This document shows, piece by piece, positions 61,930 through 64,000 of a stretch of DNA of 64,000 bases. Source of the stretch: Lama guanicoe (taxonomy: Eukaryota); the NCBI GenBank assembly GCA_013239625.1, contig MU056737.1, positions 4,667,846 to 4,731,845 of the forward strand. Reading direction: 5' to 3'. Under the pieces are notes generated by a model. That model did no database searches, was not told where the DNA came from, and saw only the letters and a program-made list of their open reading frames with translations. Within the stretch, counting starts at the first letter, position 1; every line of letters begins with the position of its first letter. The position numbers were made by a program, and so were the translations under genes.

Positions 61930-62092
61930 NNNNNNNNNNNNNNNNNNNNNNNNNNNNNNNNNNNNNNNNNNNNNNNNNNNNNNNNNNNNNNNNNNNNNNN
62001 NNNNNNNNNNNNNNNNNNNNNNNNNNNNNNNNNNNNNNNNNNNNNNNNNNNNNNNNNNNNNNNNNNNNNNNNNNNNNNNNNNNNNNNNNNNN
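61930..62092. other. Assembly gap (163 N)
   Basis: Run of n. Confidence 1.
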
Positions 62093-64000
62093 TATCTTCA
62101 ACAATTTTCCACGCGTGGGTCCTGGCAAACCACTCGCTCAGTCAGTGACGGGGGAGGGAGGGACCCTGGTGCGTCGGAGACACAGAAATCTGTCTCCTGC
62201 TCGTTCATCTCCAGACATTAAAGTGAGCAGGGAGAGCAGGGGCTAGGAGCTCATAATAATAAGATTTTCCACCAGTTTCGCTATGTAATTGGCTTTCCCA
62301 AAGCAAATTGCAGTGAAATCTGACGAAAGTGTTTTTATTAAACACATCTAAACAGCCACATTCCCTCATCAACACATTTTTTGACAACTCTCAGCCACGA
62401 GGCCTTGAGCCTGTCCCCGCAAGAGCCTTCTCTCCAGACACACAGCCGCAGTTTCAGGTTCTGAGTTTTCTCACAATTTTTTTTTAAAGCTATTAGCAAC
62501 GACACAGGTAGAGACGTGTTTTTGATAAGGTGAAGCTGATGTTAAACCAGGCCTCCACCGCATCCAGCGTGGGGGCCAGGTGACCTCGATGCCCTCCTGA
62601 CACGAGGGAATTTGTTTGACTCCTGAAGGTGATCGTTAGAAATACGCAGATCCAAACGAGTTTTGAAAAGTCTGAAGAACTTAAAGCAGTGAATACAGGT
62701 TCCAACTCACTCGAGAACAGGAAGCCAATAGGATCTACAGGGCACAAGGCAGACGGTGAAAGAACCGGAAGGAAGCGTGGGGGGCGGAGCGAGCGCAGAC
62801 AAGACGGCAAACACATACGCGCGTCGTCACGACAACCAGCGCAAACGGCGACGGGACGCCCGCACGGCTGAGCAGACGTGGGCCTGAGGGCAGGCCTCTG
62901 CAATTCCCAGGCTGCATTCCCGAATCATAACCTAATAAAATCGGAAATCTATAACCCCAGAAAAATAAACCCTCCAGTCAGCTGGGCACTGAAAGGCACA
63001 CTCTTCAGTGAGTCTCAGGTCAGAGCAAAAATCAAAACTATGGTTGCGGGTCCTTAGAAAACAGCGGTGATGGGGCTGGACAGACCTGAGCCGGGGGGAG
63101 GTGGGGCGCGCCCCACGGCGGCGGGCGGGACGCCGACACTCCCCTACCACGGGAAGGAGCGGCCCCGCAAAACCAGGCCGCCGGTTAGGGAGTCGGACAG
63201 CGACCACTCAGGGAGGACTGGAAGCAGGTGATGAAGGTATAAATGAATAACCCGCACGAGGGAGATGCAAGGATGCGTAAACCCAAGAGCTCGATTTTAG
63301 GGAAAAGCACATGAACTCTTTGCAGGGGTTTGATACAGGGGACAAGAAGACACCTGCAAGCCAGAAACCACCAAAAACGGACAATGAAGAAGGAAACACA
63401 CCACAGGCCCAGCGGGAGCGGAAGGGCAACGAGCTAACGATGCTACTGACAGCAGGAGAGCCCGGAACTCCTCAGGCAGAGCCACGGGCAAAGAAAGCGT
63501 AAGTCGGCAAGCTGGCCAAGCGCGAAGAGAGACCTGCACGGGTAGCTGTGAAGAAGCAGGGAGGGCTGTCGGCGACATCTCCTCCAGGAAAAGCTCGGGG
63601 CCGGACTTTGAGGAAGGAAAGCGGTTTTGAGGCTCCAAGGAGCGAGCGGCCCCTGGTCAGCCCCTCGCAGGGAGCAGGGAGGGTGAGCGCGGGGTCCTGT
63701 GGCCTGCGGGGGATGGGCCCGCCTCCTCCCCTCCCACGGTGCGTTCTGGGCAGAGGGTGCAGGTGCTGAAATTCCAAAACCACCTCATCCCTACACTTCA
63801 CGAGTCCAGGCTGCGCAAACAGCGCCCGCTGACCTCCCAAAGGAGCCGAGGTGACTCGGGAAGGAGGACAGCCCCTCAGACGGTGGCGGCCCAGCCACGG
63901 TCACGTGCGAGGCTGAACCCGGGCGCAGACCCCACACCTCTCACAAAAGTTAGCTCCAAATTAAACCCAAATGTAAAACACAAACCGACGTGACTTCCAG

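Larger units (their letters stand above)
48779..64000 (-). other. PTPRN2: PTPRN2 intron upstream of the exon (3' part only)
   Basis: Ends in a polypyrimidine tract and AG at 48780-48779 on the minus strand. No other PTPRN2-like peptide was recognised. Confidence 0.8.

Noticed and set aside
61900-62110. Young SINE hidden in the second gap
   Set aside because: The flanks (aagctatgt and tatcttc) only hint at a duplication, and this cannot be tested through Ns.
1-64000. Hundreds of 60-330 aa ORFs in the six-frame track (e.g. 4027-5028, 10911-11747, 41585-42439, 2079-2837)
   Set aside because: They are rich in Pro, Gly, Arg and Ala, overlap on all frames and show no recognisable domains. This is expected from stop-codon scarcity in GC-rich intronic DNA.
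1-64000. Prokaryotic systems (CRISPR arrays, operons, IS elements, rRNA)
   Set aside because: The sequence is mammalian (L1, L2, MaLR, SINE, spliceosomal exon). I saw no repeat-spacer array or dense gene packing.
1-64000. Intronic miR-153 known from PTPRN/PTPRN2
   Set aside because: The mature sequence (TTGCATAGTCACAAAAGTGATC) was not seen on either strand. From memory it lies in a later intron.

Overview
This is GC-rich mammalian genomic DNA, not microbial, from a draft assembly with two N-gaps. A Vic-1-like tRNA-derived SINE and a camelid-type L1 3' end suggest a camelid (alpaca or camel); this is inferred from my recall of the repeat families. The only coding sequence I can support is one 65-nt minus-strand exon at 48714-48778 encoding xDNKEKLEEVSGLKILQTGVGS. 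I recognise it as the membrane-proximal ectodomain exon of PTPRN2 (IA-2beta/phogrin; exon 12 in human numbering, from memory). The rest of the window is therefore two very large PTPRN2 introns. They contain MaLR/ERVL/ERV1 solo LTRs, L1 and L2 fossils (including a condensed ORF1+ORF2 L1 at about 56.2-60.9 kb), a SINE, microsatellites and several AT-rich islands dense in homeodomain motifs that look like conserved enhancers. Nearly all ORFs in the supplied track are GC-content artefacts. I found no supportable new gene system. The best leads are the candidate enhancer islands, the AT-to-GC drift of the repeat fossils, and a few possible cryptic or antisense splicing signals. Repeat boundaries are approximate and family names come from recalled consensus sequences.
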